Positions 1-12,640 are shown, numbered from the stretch's first letter. The stretch is DNA of 64,000 nucleotides from the human T2T-CHM13v2.0 reference genome, Homo sapiens (GCF_009914755.1 NC_060932.1), one strand, 5' to 3'. Notes: generated from the sequence alone by a model not told the origin. Program-made: numbers and translations.

Positions 1-389
1 ATGGAATTCAACAAACAGTATCTGTCCTCAGGTAAGTGGGCTGGAGAATGCATCAGCCTTTTAAACTTTAACAACTGAAAGACCTATTTGCCTCCAACAC
101 ATCTGTTTAGTGAAGCATTTGGATTTCTCTTCAATCAACAGTAACAAGGTGACATCAGCAAGTTGGTAGAATAGGACTGCTGAGTGCTGTCCACATGTGA
201 AACCACCTTCATAGAAGATAAGAAATCTAGGGTAGAGATCGCAGCACCTGGATGTAACCCAGGAATAAGGAAACATACATTGAAGAGGACATGAAGAACA
301 GTTTCACATTAAACATGTCACCCCTCCCTCAGGCCTGAGCATAAGAACTTTCAACAAAATAGGTTAGAAGTAATATATTTTAACAAAGA

Positions 390-715
390 AGGCTATACAT
401 GACATCTCTACAGCTGTCTTCATAGTCAGTACTAAAGGGCCAAAAGCCTTCCTCTAAGATCAGGAACAAAACAAGCATGACCATTTTCAGTAATCCTATT
501 CTATGCAGTACTGCTCCAGACAGAACAATTAGGCAAGGAACAGAAATAAAAGGCATCCAAATTGGAGAGGAAGAACTAAAATTATCTTTGTTTGCACATG
601 ATGTGATATTACACATAGAAAATCCTAAAGACACCACCAAAAACTGTTCAAACTAATAAATGAATTCCATAAAGTTGCAGAATAGAAGATCAACATATAA
701 AAATCAGTAGCATTA
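390..715 (+). mobile_element. L1 ORF2 reverse-transcriptase fragment (degraded)
   Basis: Translates to ...[31 protein letters not shown]..., the decayed L1 RT 'LFADDM' region; frameshifted. Confidence 0.9.
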
Positions 716-719
716 AAAA

Positions 720-2300
720 ATCAAGCATTAAAACTTTGCAGCATTGAGTTATATCAGAATTTAGTATTGGAAAATACATGAGGCCCTATTGTTAGGGGCA
801 CATGCCCTTCAGTGACTACTTTATAAGATGTCAATTTATGTTTTACACTGGAAGTGAATCTGATCGTCATTAATTTTCAATACATTTGACCAAAGCAATC
901 CAGTCAATTCAGTTAGAGTTGCCAAATGCTATAGAATGTGTAACACCTTATTTAACTGTTTTAAACTTGCCCAGTGAAACAGGTACTTCTATCACTGGAT
1001 ATTTCTCCAGGAATGTCCCATGAGAAAAACATGTTTCCTTATAATTCTTTAGCTACTGTTTTATCAGCCCTCTTGCATGGGAAAGCTTTTATGCAAACAG
1101 AAAACATGCATTGAGAATGATGAATGAAATCCCACCATAAATGTTTAAATGGCCTAACAGGTGGCAAAAAATGTGCCTTAAGTTTTTATTGTCTTCCCAG
1201 GAATATGGATTTGGCAAATCAAACATTGGTCATAAGCCATTTTAGCAATTTAGAAGAGTTACCATACCAATATGTATTTTTAATTTGGGTCACTTTACTC
1301 TTCCATGATGAGCTGTAGAATGCAGAGCTTTTAATAACAAGAGCTTTAAGGACTCAGGAAGAATAAGGCGGCCAGCCAGGTTCTCCATGAGTCCAGGCTC
1401 ACCACTGAGCTTACGTCCTCTTAAACATCTCTTAAAATTTTTGTTTCTCCAATTTAGGTGCATAGAACTGATAACTGATGGGTTATCACAGGTAATTTGA
1501 CTTGGACCATGGAGTTTATTCAACTGCATATCTGAACAATTTCAATACTGGCTGATTAAGTGTGAAAATCTGGTAAAGTATTTTCTCGCTATTCAACTAA
1601 TTTTTGTTCTGCTTGGGTTAGCAGTATTATAAACCAACCAGTCTCTTCATTACAGTTCCAGGAATTCTTACCCAGTCCAAATGATATTATCCTGAAGTTA
1701 TCAGAAATCTGTATCTAAGAGTGCTTGTGAGGGTCTTTTCCATCTGTTTCATGAACCTCCTTAAAGACTCAATATTCTAGGATTTTGCATGCTTGTGAAG
1801 TTTTCAGAAACTGCATCAGAATTAAGGAATTTACTGTGGAAATGACTTAAAAAAGTCATAGTTAAAGACACAATTGTTAAGGAAATTTGGTTATTTCTGC
1901 AGCCTACAATTTACCATAGTAGCCATTATGTTATTATGTTGGTTGCTATATCAGTCGTAATTATGACTGACAAAATACCCAGACATATTAGAATGTTAGA
2001 AATCCCATACAATTTTGGAACCTATATTAATAACATATTCATTAAAATATAACTCGAAGGTTAGACATCATTTCTTATTTGACAATGCTTCCTATATAAT
2101 TTAACATACCAAATAATCCTGTTTATCTCTCTTTTGTATGCTTCAGGCACCCTCTGTAGCATCCCACAGTTAAAAGCCAAAAAGTACTTTATTTTGAAGC
2201 AAAATTTTGATTTTGGGATGCCTATCAAATATGTCAAAGGTTTAAAACACTTGACCAAAATAGGATTACAGGTTACCATAAAATAATAGTCATTCATTTA
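720..2300 (-). mobile_element. ERV1-class (MER4-group-like) internal fragment with integrase remnant
   Basis: Reverse strand of 963-1020 reads WDIPGEISSDRSTCFTGQV (integrase core). ORF 1290-1529 ends GRLILPESLKLLLLKALHSTAHHG (HHCC zinc-finger start). Stops and frameshifts present. Confidence 0.85.
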
Positions 2301-2304
2301 GCCG

Positions 2305-2600
2305 AAGGAGAGATGTTGGTCAAAGGATAAAAAGTTTTCATTAGACTAGAGGAATAATTTCTGGCAATCTATTGTATATCACTGTGACTATGGCTAATAG
2401 TAAGATATTGTAAACTGGAAAATTGCTCAGAGAATAGATATTAAATGGTCACCACAAAAAAAAGGTAAGTTGAGGTGATGGATATGTTAACTGGCTTGGT
2501 TTAATCGTTTCACAGTGTATAAATATATCAAATCATCACATTGTGTGCCGTAAATAAATTCAATTTTCATTCATCAATTATGCTTTCATAATGCTGAGAT
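2305..2600 (+). mobile_element. L1MA-type 3' end fragment
   Basis: GGAGAGATGTTGGTCAAAGGATA...GGTGATGGATATGTTAA...CATCACATTGTG matches the L1MA 3' UTR. Confidence 0.8.
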
Positions 2601-3448
2601 GATAAAAAACAAAAACAAAAATTTTTACTCCCACACACACACACAAATCAATAGCATGGAATGTCAACTTTTCAAGCAGACACCCTTCAGAGAACTCAGC
2701 CATGCATGCATTAATGTTTAGCCAGCTCTTGCTAAAGCTCACTGGAGACATCTGATATTTGAGAGAGGCATCAGCAGATCTGTTGACCACCTATTTCTAA
2801 ATGCTAACCTTTTCATTTGTTGTCAAAATATCACAAAGCAATACACTGGACCACATTTTTTCAAACTCCTGCAGAAATGTCTTTAATGTGTTAAAGTTTA
2901 ATACTTTTCTCTTACTCTCTTATTCCCTTTGTCCCTCTAAGGCTCATGGCAATAAAAGTTTTTTTTTTCCTAAGGATAACATCCACTTCAGCTGCATTTT
3001 CTTTTTCCCCAGCCTTTAGTTTCTTCATTATAATTAATCCCATGTTAATGCTTCTCTATCTTCCACAAACTGGACCTGAGAACATTACCTGATACGTTAC
3101 TCAATGGCCTTTATAGATAGCTATTCATTCTAGATTCATCCCTGCATTCAATTACAAAAATAACTGTCTATCAATAAAATTATTTTATTTCAAAAGATGA
3201 AAACTATGTAATTCATTTAATTTTTGTCTTACCTATCAGGGCAATGAGAGCTAACTTCAGTGCATATTTTCTAAAATGACTCATTTCATATTGTGCTGAG
3301 AAAGATCATAGATTGGTGCCACTCCAAGCTCCACGAGACTTCCGCATTGCCTGGCAACCCAACTATTTCCCTAATTTGCTCTCCCCAGTTCATAAAACTT
3401 GAATCAATTTCTTCAATCTGCTTAGCTCAACATCATCTACCTGCTTGC

Positions 3449-3556
3449 CATAAGCCAAAATTAAAATCCTAAGCCCCCCACCCCCAACCAACTGAATATA
3501 TTCCCTCTGGGCCAAGGGAACCCCAGAGAAACCTGAAAAACTGAATTCCCAGCCAT
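3449..3556 (+). mobile_element. 5' fragment of a MER4-group ERV1 LTR
   Basis: TAAGCCAAAATTAAAATCCTAAGCCCCCC...CAACTGAAT...GGCCAAGGGAACCCCAGAGAAACCT resembles MER4-group LTR starts; truncated at MER41A. Confidence 0.6.
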
Positions 3557-4872
3557 TGTCAGAGGCGTGTGAACCAGCACAACTCCATCTTGAATAGGAG
3601 CTGGGTAAAAAGAGGCTGAGACCTACTAGGCTGCATGCCCAGAAAGTTAAGGCATTCTAAGTCACAGGATGAGATAGGACGTCGGCACAAGACACAAGTC
3701 ATAAAGACCTTGCTGATAAAACAGGTTGCAGTCAAGAAGCCAGCCAAAACCCACCAAAACCAAGATGGCCACGGGAGTGATCTCTGGTTGTCCTTACTTG
3801 CTACACTCCCACTGTTATGGGCGGGTCTTTGTTCTTAGAGCTCCCAAGATGGGGCAGGCAGCTCCCAAGATGGCGGCAAACCTTTTGTTCTCTGACCTGG
3901 GGTTCTTGGCCTCATGGATTCTAAGGCATGGAACCTCGGGCCATGCTGTGAGTGTTATAGCTCTATTAGAAGCTGTGGGTCACGGAAGAGAACCGTGGAA
4001 CCCAGCGACTAGTGTTCAGCTCGATTAGGACGAACCTGGGCACTTAGCCGTGCAGGAACAATGGCGAGGCTTTAGCCCGATCAGGAGTGGCAATGGGCGC
4101 CTCAATGGATCAGCAGTGCAGTGGACACCCTGCTGGATCCTGAGGGGTGGAAGTCAACGGTGGGCTGGGACAGCAGCCAACAGCAGCGGTGGACTGTGAG
4201 CAAAAACTCAGGTCGAGTCGTAACAAACACGGACCAGAAGAGCATGCAGTCGCAAGATTTAATAGAGTGAAAACAGAGCTCCCATACAATGGGATGGGAC
4301 CCGAAGGGGGTTGCCCCCACCAGCCTGAGCACCTTGGGTTTATATCCTGATTATTGTCCTTCCTCCTGTGCTCTCAGGCATCTATGATTTGACTATTTCA
4401 TTACCTCCTGCTTTTAGCCTAATTTGTATTTTTGTGAGCCCTCTTTACTGCTTGATTGGTCGGGTGTGAGCTGAGTTACAAGCCCTGTGTTTAAAGGTAG
4501 GTGTAGTCACCTTTCCCAGCTAGGCTTAGGAATTCTTAGCCTAGGCAATCCAGCTAGTCCTGTGTCTCACCACCAGCACCATGACAGTTTACAAATGCCA
4601 TGGCAATGTCAGGAAGTTACCCTATTTGGTCTAAAAAGGGGGGGCATGAATAATCCACCCCTTGTTTAGCATATCATCAAGAAATAACCATAAAAATGAG
4701 GAACCAGCAGTCCTTAGGACTGCTCTGTCTATGGCGTAGCCCTTCTTTTATTCCTTTACTTTCATAATAAACTTGCTTTTGCTTTGCACTGTGAACTTGC
4801 CCCAAATTCTTTCTTGCGTGAGATCCAAGAACCCTCTCTTGGGGTCTGAATCGCGACCCCATTCCAGTAAAA
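3557..4872 (+). mobile_element. MER41A solo LTR, split into 3557-3812 and 4574-4872 by LTR17
   Basis: Starts TGTCAGAGGCGTGTGAACCAG; halves rejoin as CTACACTCCCAC|CAGCACCATGACAG; AATAAA 4766-4771; ends ...GGGGTCTGAATCGCGACCCCATTCCAGTAAAA. Confidence 0.9.
3813..4569 (-). mobile_element. HERV-W (LTR17) full-length solo LTR
   Basis: Minus strand begins TGAGACACAGGACTAGCTGGATT and ends AAGACCCGCCCATAACA; 757 bp; 4-bp TSD CCAC (3809-3812 and 4570-4573). Confidence 0.93.
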
Positions 4873-4929
4873 TATTCAGTCAGTAAGACAATGTTTTTTA
4901 GTAGTATTCAAACATGCTCGTGTCTCCCA

Positions 4930-5240
4930 TCCTAAAGTGTCTTACATTCTAGAAAGTAGACTAAATATCATCTTTACCACTTCCGTCCGTATCACCAAAG
5001 ACAATCATGTTGTAAGAGTCCTTTCCATTCATCTCTACTTCCCGACATTCTGTTAACTGCTCAAACTAGCCCAATATGCTTTCTACTCTTACTACTCCAC
5101 TGAAATAGTTTAAGTCAAAGATGGATAAATCTGTCTTTAAATCCAGTGGGTATGTTTTCAGTTCTTATCTCACTTGATTGCTTTAGAGCATTTGACATCT
5201 TTATTCACACATCTTGAAACCCTCTCCCTCTTCTATGCTC
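4930..5240 (+). mobile_element. L2 ORF2 (RT) fragment
   Basis: CTCCACTGAAA...GTTCTTATCTCACTTGATTGCTTTAGAGCATTTGACATC is a decayed STET.../LILLDLSAAFDT motif. Confidence 0.7.
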
Positions 5241-5244
5241 CTCT

Positions 5245-6370
5245 GAATGTCAGAGGTCAGCTAGCTCCCCTGGATCCACTCTCCACCCATCTCTACCCTG
5301 CTGTTGGCTCAGGAAGGCATGCTGTATGGACCTCATTAACAAGTTTCCTTGCCTTCTGCTTCCAGTTAGATTCAGTCAATGAGGAGTATAGCAAAAGATT
5401 AGAAGGAAGGAGAGCAAGGTTGTATGTGTTCTGCTGACTCTTGTAAAGACAAATAAAAACTAAAAAGGGGCTTATTTCTTCCTGATGAATATAAGGGAAG
5501 AGACCTCTTCTTCCCTTTCCTTGGAGTATTTACTTTAGAAAACATGTTCTTTATGTGTCTCTTTGAAATGTGTGCACATCTTTTTAGAAGCTAAATAAGC
5601 TGCTTGCCGGCTTTATGACTCAGGAACATCTTTTTCAAGGACCTGGGAGCCATCTCTTTGAAAAGTAAACATCAAGAAAAATATCACCCCTATTTTCCGC
5701 TTTCAGTGACAGGGAGGAGCTGAACTTCAGTGATTGCTTTGTTCCAAGTTGCAAAAGATCTATCTTTTCTCATAAAGATATGAAGAATCTGTTGTTCCTC
5801 TGGATAAATCCAATTAGTGAACAAGATGGTCACCTTGGTTATCAGGTGAATCTAAGATGAACTATGCATGATAAATGGTGCTCTCAAGCCCTGTTACTGA
5901 AGGACCAGTTGTTTCTCTTGATAGGTTGCATGTTCTTGGACTTATAAAAGGATGAGATTTCTACCTTTGTAATTTATTATCTGAGATGTATACTGTGTTC
6001 TGGCTCAATGCTTATTCAACAATAAAACTGTTTTCTTTTTCTGTTACCCTCCAGAGAGGTTTTCTATGTTGGAAGAAAATTTTGTTTTCAATACTGTTTC
6101 CCTAATACTCTTTGCAGAGCTATTCAACTCTGGCTGAATCCCTCCACCTGGAAGCCCACTCCTCTCAGCCTTTGTTCCATGACAACTCTCTTCTTCTGGG
6201 TTCCTGTATCCTCTTCTTCCTTTACTCCCTATGAGCCAAGGAGTAGTAACAGTTCCTGTTAATATCCCTGGGCTAATGCACTATCCCTTGTGGCTGCCTT
6301 TCATGTTGCCTACACTTTGTACAGAGTCCCTTTATTAAATCCTCCTCGAATGAGCCTAATTTGAATGTAC
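5245..6370 (+). mobile_element. ERVL LTR (LTR33-like), interrupted at 5442-6107
   Basis: CCACTCTCCACCC...CCTTGCCTTCTGCTTCCAGTTAG...CAATGAGGAG, with downstream GCACTATCCCTTGTGG...CCCTTTATTAAA, typical of LTR33. Confidence 0.65.
5442..6107 (+). mobile_element. ERV1-class solo LTR (family uncertain; MER34/MER31/LTR37-like)
   Basis: TG start, decayed ...AATA end, TATAAAA ~5943, AATAAA ~6021, exact 4-bp TSD CTCT (5438-5441 and 6108-6111). Confidence 0.8.
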
Positions 6371-6371
6371 A

Positions 6372-7200
6372 TTGCAGATTTGGCTCTCTGGAAGCAGATG
6401 CTGAGAAAGAGTTTAGTGTGTAGGATATTTTTAAGCATTCACACCTGTAGAAGGGATGAGGCAGAAGTAGGATTGAAGAGAAGGAATGTAAAGCTTTGCT
6501 GCTGGTCTTAAAAAGCCTTGGACAGTTGCAGAGGGGCATATGTGACCCATCAGAATTGTCTTGCTGTGAAACTAAATGTCTGGACTTTTCTACACCTGCT
6601 ATAGTGGGTCACTGGCCCAAGAAGTGCTCTTGAATGATGAGACTCTTCGCACCCACAGTGGCGGGTGCCTGTAATCCCAGCTACTTGGGAGGCTGAGGCA
6701 GGAGAATCACTTGAACCCAGGAGGCAGAGGTTGCAGTGATCACGCCACTGCATTCCAGCCCGGGTGACAGAGTGAGACTCTGTCTCAAACAAAAAAAAAA
6801 AAAAAAAGAAAGAAGAAAACAAAGAAAATAAAGGCTACCAGCACAAACTCCAGCCCCCACTGCAGCTGATCTTGGGGCTAGGTCACCTCCTGGTGATGCT
6901 GATCCTTTCCCCTCTTCACTATGCATTCTATAGTCCCTTCCTCTATAGCGATCTCCTCTGCTGGTCAGAGTGTCTTACTTAATAGCATGATCCAGTTTAT
7001 CATCCCAAAGCGATCTAAGCCCTTATCACCACGCCCTTTTCAGAATTCCCTGAATCTACTTGTCTACTGACCATCACAGCTGGGCACGGGAATATGAAGA
7101 AAGACGCAGTTGGAGGATTTGGGTGCCACATATATCCCTGCCTGCCCCATTGTTAAACAGCAGGCCTACCTCTTTCTTAGGATGAACCTCAAAAATAAAG
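6372..7200 (-). mobile_element. Old ERVL LTR plus internal remnant (LTR16/41-like), interrupted by an Alu
   Basis: CTCTGGAAGCAGATGCTGAGA...GGCAGAAGTAGGATTG is an ERVL LTR-type motif; 6890-7190 resembles ERVL internal sequence. Confidence 0.5.
6658..6810 (+). mobile_element. 5'-truncated Alu (right arm, AluS-like)
   Basis: GTGGCGGGTGCCTGTAATCCCAGCTAC...GAGACTCTGTCTC plus poly(A). Confidence 0.95.
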
Positions 7201-7279
7201 AATACATGTGGTTTACTGATACTTTTTGTAGTTCAATTAATTACTTGGCAGTTGACAATTTAGAAAGGATCATGTTTGA

Positions 7280-7585
<306 letters not shown>

Positions 7586-8314
7586 TTCAATCCATTTTGA
7601 TTTTTTAAAAATTAGATCTCAGGCAGCATGACATTGAGAAAGCCCCTGTTATCGACGGCTTTTATGAGCTTCCTGTCCTCATGGATTTCACAGAATGAAA
7701 AGCTTTTGGGAATATAAGAGTTTTCCCAGCTGTGTTTGCTTACCCAATGGCAGGACAACAGTTTTTTTTTCGGAGACTCTGTACTTAGTAGCCTAAGGGA
7801 AGGATTTAACCAATCAAGTTTGTTCAGCAATTTTCTTGCATGGTATTATTTTAATGTTGACTAATACATAATAACATTGTTGCCGTATGGCTAACAAAAA
7901 TAACACAATACTAAGGCTACAAAATTAATTTCTGTCTTGGGATCTAGTAATACCCCTAAGGTCATTTTTTTATATCATCAATCTTCCATAAATATTTTCA
8001 TTGCTCCTCTCAGCTTGTGTGAGTCCATGAACATCCAATTCACCTCTAACAAGTTTAAACTTCAATATCTAACTGTCCAGAAATCCCTCCTTCTTCAAGA
8101 TCTCCAGAGTTTGACAGTGTTCCTGGCCTATCAGGCTAGCCTGATAAGCCCTAGTTCACATACTAGGCCAAATTTCTAGGAGAACTTTGAGGCAGAACGT
8201 CCATATATGAAGCATAATTCCTGTTCTTTAAAAGTGGGCAATTCTTCATTAAGAGCAACCTTTAATGTGACATTTCTGTCATGGTCTTGATTATAAATTT
8301 GGTTTATCAAATTA

Positions 8315-8630
8315 CAGTCATGTGTCACTTAATGATGGGGATACATTCTGAGAAGTGTATCATAAGGCAATTTTGTCACTGTGCAAACATCGTAGTCTAC
8401 TTACACAAACCTAGATGATATAGGCTACTACACACCTAGGCTAGATGAGACAGCCTATTGCTCCTAGGCTACAAACCTGTACAGCACATTACTGTACTGA
8501 ATACTGTAGGCTATTGTAACACAATGGTAAGTATACATCTAAACAGAGAAAAAGTACAGTAATAATACAGAATTATAATCTTACGGGACCACTGTCACAT
8601 ATATGGTCCACCACATACAGCACATGACTG
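8315..8630. mobile_element. Tigger3-derived non-autonomous DNA transposon (MER7/Tigger3a-like)
   Basis: TIRs CAGTCATGTG...CACATGACTG with TA duplicated on both sides. Confidence 0.9.
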
Positions 8631-9932
8631 TATGTCCTAGTGATGAATAAAGATTCCTATTCAATCTTTGCAAATACTTACATGCCATTGAATTCAAGAG
8701 ATTTTGTAAAGGCATCTTGTACAATGTTTTATTATAAGCAGTTTTGCAGATATGGACAATCCAAATAAATCATATATACCACAAAATCATCCTATTTTAC
8801 ACCAGTGGTACTATCACCAAAAGGCTTGTTTACCTATGAATAGTAGCTGAATAAGTAAAATTTAGCTTCATGGCAGTCAACAAGAAGTAGTAGTAATTTT
8901 TCAAAGCCTTATCCATTTTAAAATCATTGTTCTGAATTTCATTACTAGAGTCATCATTGTTCAATGATTTCCTTATAACCTATATTAGATTTATTATAGA
9001 ATATTTTCTCTGAATTCTGAGCATTCAGTTGAAATAAGATACCAAATAGTTCCATTCCAGTTTGCATAAGTATAGCTTGCTAAATTGAAGGTTGGGATCA
9101 TTAAGAAGAAAGGCGAAGGGTTTCTTTGCCTATCAGGAAACAGAATTATGTTTTTAAAATAAATAACTACAATTCTTGTACTCTTGTTCCACTGACCTTA
9201 GAACGCAGTCGACTTTGCTTATTCAACTGCCTTGGGAGACTAAAGCAGTTCTGAGTATCTTGTCCCACATGTACTTTAATGCAGTTTGCCAAGTGTCCAT
9301 TCACGGTGTCAATCATTTTAGCTAACACTTGAAAGGCTGTGCCCATAAGTCTATTTCCTACAGTGTCAAAACTCAAGAATATCTGCTCCAGTCCTTTCAT
9401 TAAGCATCTGAGATTATTCTTCTTTTGCTTTCTTCTAGAAGTTTCCATTTCTATCACATAGCTTATAGCTGACACCTTTGAGTAGGTGTGAGGGAAGATT
9501 AGAAATCTGTTCTTGACAAGACTGAAACTGGTTTTAGTTATGACTTTTATTAGACGACTAACCAACAACATCAAACAGAAGAAAGTAGGCTACTCTAATA
9601 GGTTATCGTTTTCACAAGAAAGTAGTTTAAGTGACTCAAATAGAGGCTAAAGCTTTCTTTTCAGCTAATGCACATCACAAAGCCCCTGAAGGCCACGTAA
9701 CTCCCAGAGTCAAACAGGATTGGAATTTTATAGGGTGAAGAGAAAGGAGAAGTTAAGTGTCCTTGTAGTTTGGTTCAGGTTTTTGTCTCTAATTGCTATG
9801 AAACTTGTAGTTGGAATAGCTGGAGAATGTTCTAGTTTTTCATGCCTGTTATATTGGCAGAGTCTCATCCCAATAGCTATTAGAACAGCATTTTTCAAGA
9901 GCTGTTTTTTCAAAGTCTTGTGGCTTGTTGAT

Positions 9933-10582
9933 GTTGCAGGCAGAATTCTAAAATGGTCCATGAGAATCCCACCCATAGGGGTGCACAGTCCTCTTTGAGG
10001 GTGGGTGAGATGATGAATATGGTAGATGTCACTCCTGTGACTAGGTTATGTGATGTGGCAAAGGTGAAGGGATTTTGAAAATGTAATGAAAGCTCTTCAT
10101 CTACTCCCTTTAATTTAATCAAAAGGAAATCATTCTGGGTGGGCTGGCCTAATCACATAAGCCCTTCAAAAGAGACTCAAAGCAGGGGTGATTGTCCTGG
10201 GGACTTAAAAAGCAAGCTGATGTGTTGTGAAGGAACAATGGAGGTAGCCATGTGGCAAGGATCTGAGCATGGCTTCTATGAGTTGTGAGCAGAACTCAGA
10301 TGGCAGCTAGCCAGAAAATGGGGACCTCAAAGACATGGCCTCAAGCAACTGAATTCTGCCAATAACCATCATGAGCTTGCAAGTACAATCTCCCAGCCAA
10401 GCCTTCATCTGGCACTGCAGCCTCTCTGGCATTTTAACTGTAGCCTCGTGAAACGCTAAGCAGATGACTCACTGAAGCTGTATCTTCCCTCCTGGCCCAG
10501 GGACTGTGAGATAATAAGTGGGTGCTATTTTAAGATGTTGAATTTGTAGTAATTTGTTATGGAGTAATAGAGAACTAATGCA
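9933..10582 (+). mobile_element. MLT1 (MaLR; MLT1E/F-like) LTR
   Basis: GGCAGAATTCTAAAATGG start; GCCATGTGGCAAGG; ends GTAATTTGTTA...AACTAATGCA. Confidence 0.85.
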
Positions 10583-10801
10583 CTTAGTAAATCAAGATTC
10601 AAGGTGGAAGAAAGAAACGGGGAGCGATAAAGAGGTAAAGGAGGTAAACATCAAAGGGGAGGGTAACTGGAGACCTCTCGTCATCACGGTTCTAATCCTT
10701 TGACGTAACTATTTCATAAGAATTTGATCCAATATTACCCTGAGGGCAATAACTTACTTGGATTAGTGAGGGCATTGACAAATTCCTGGAATGCTCTAAT
10801 C

Positions 10802-11029
10802 CAGGGATATCCTATCTTTTGGCTTCCCTGGGCCACGTGGAAAAAGAAGGATTCTCTTGGGCCACACATAAAATACATGAAACACTAGCGATAGCCAATG
10901 ACAAAAAACAAACAAACAAAAAAAAGAAACAACTCAATGTTTTAAGAAGCTTTACGAATTTGTGTTGGGCCACATTCAAAGCAATCCTGGGTCACATGCA
11001 GCTCATGGGCCTCAGGATGAACAAGCTTG
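10802..11029. mobile_element. MER30 hAT (Charlie) MITE
   Basis: CAGGG...CTTTTGGCTTCCCTGGGCCAC...CAAGCTTG; 8-bp TSD CTCTAATC/CTCTAATT. Confidence 0.9.
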
Positions 11030-12129
11030 CTCTAATTTATCTGTAAAGTATTTGTTATGATTGCCCCTAGGTGACAAAGGTATTTGAAATCTGGAAACTA
11101 ATATTCTTGGAAAGCAACTTTTTGGCAGTCATTCTGTATTTCCCCACAAAAAATGATGATGCATCTACTGTTCTAAAAGGTTAAAAGAGCTGAATTATAT
11201 CCTTATTAACAATATTTAGGTATGTAATATTATCCAAGAATAGGTTGAGTTTTTCTGTTGGATTAAATGCATTCCCACTCTACAGGCTTGATATCCAGGT
11301 AATTTAAACACTACTGTCAGAGCTTATTAAAAACATGGAACATAATAGACACACCTATTTATTTGTGGCATCTCTCCTAGATTTTAAGTACCAAACCATC
11401 AAGACTTACAAGGTGACACTATAAACCTTTGGTCCTATCCAAAAGTCATCTGGAAAACATTTGTATAAAAGACACTTTAACATTATTCTAAGTTTGGTAA
11501 CTGATCTCAGAGCAGGTAAATGTCTAAAAAATTTTCAGATAAGAATAAAAAAGGATAAGAAACAGCTATGGCCTTGGATGTGTTATTAACCAGAATCACA
11601 ATACCTTATAAAAATTACAATAAAATATTTTCAAAAGCACCTATTAGAAATTTCACCTTCTCCAGAAGCTAATAATGTTTGTGTGTTTATCATTGTCTAC
11701 ATTATTTTTTGAAATTTACAAAACTATGAAAGATAGTTCCTTTTGGGAGTATATAGTTGAGTCACTTGAGGAAAGTAACTGCTTTTGTCAGGATATATGG
11801 AAAGTAAATAATAACTTTTCATTGTGTCACTTGAAAATACATCATTTTTCCCTTGAACTACTGTTTCTTATCTCTAACATTCATGAACTCCTTGTTTTAA
11901 TAATTTTAAAGTGTATTTATACATGTGTTTGAGTCCACTATGTAGTGTGTCGGTGCAGTAGGTAGAGCTTGGCATTCCCAGCCAATAGTGAAGGGGGATC
12001 TTGGGAACACAGGTTTAGAGGGAGATGACCTAAGATCAAAGCAGCATACAATTCTAAGCCATCTTATGAAGCACGACTTCCCTCAAGAGCCAGTCCAGAG
12101 TAGACTTTATACAATTTAAAATTGCGTTA

Positions 12130-12640
12130 AGTAACTTCTACTTCTGTCCAAGGTGCAGTAATAGGATTTGCCTTCCCACCCGAAAAGATACAAAATTGAC
12201 CAAAAAAATGAAGCATAGTTTTTAGGACATTGGCTATCAGACAACAAAGATGAGAGATCCATGAGAGGCATTTTAAAAATTAGGTGGTATCTACTATTGC
12301 CTTGCTTAATGCCTTGAAAGAGATTCCAGTGTGAAATGCAGGAATGGGAATCCCATATGAAAACCAGCGGACTCTGTGAGTTTAGAATACAAGGTGGAGA
12401 GTGTGGGGAGATCAGAGTGGCCCAAGTTTTCAGGGCAACGTACTAGAGAGATCTGCAAGAGGGTTGCCTTCAACTATTCAGCTGAGTACTTATCAGTGGA
12501 CATATGTGAGGAAAATATCTAAGGCTGAGGAAAACACAACCCAAAAGGATTAGGAGAAACAATACTAATACCTCACACAGGCTGAGAGTAAAGCCTATTT
12601 CCAACAGGCAGGCTGGAAAAAGGAAATTTGTATATCCAGC
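12130..12640 (+). mobile_element. Old L1M 5'-region fragment
   Basis: ACTTCTACTTCTGTCCAAG...GGACATTGGCTATCAG resembles L1M 5' ends. Confidence 0.5.

Noticed and set aside
3557-3812. MER41 as an interferon-inducible (STAT1) enhancer
   Set aside because: This is the MER41A form. I see no TTCNNNGAA GAS motif (GCATGCCCAGAA at ~3632); the tandem GAS sites are a feature of MER41B-type copies.
3449-4880. Triple nesting (MER41A inserted in a MER4-group LTR)
   Set aside because: No MER41A TSD (CCAT versus TATT) and no continuation of the outer LTR after 4872.
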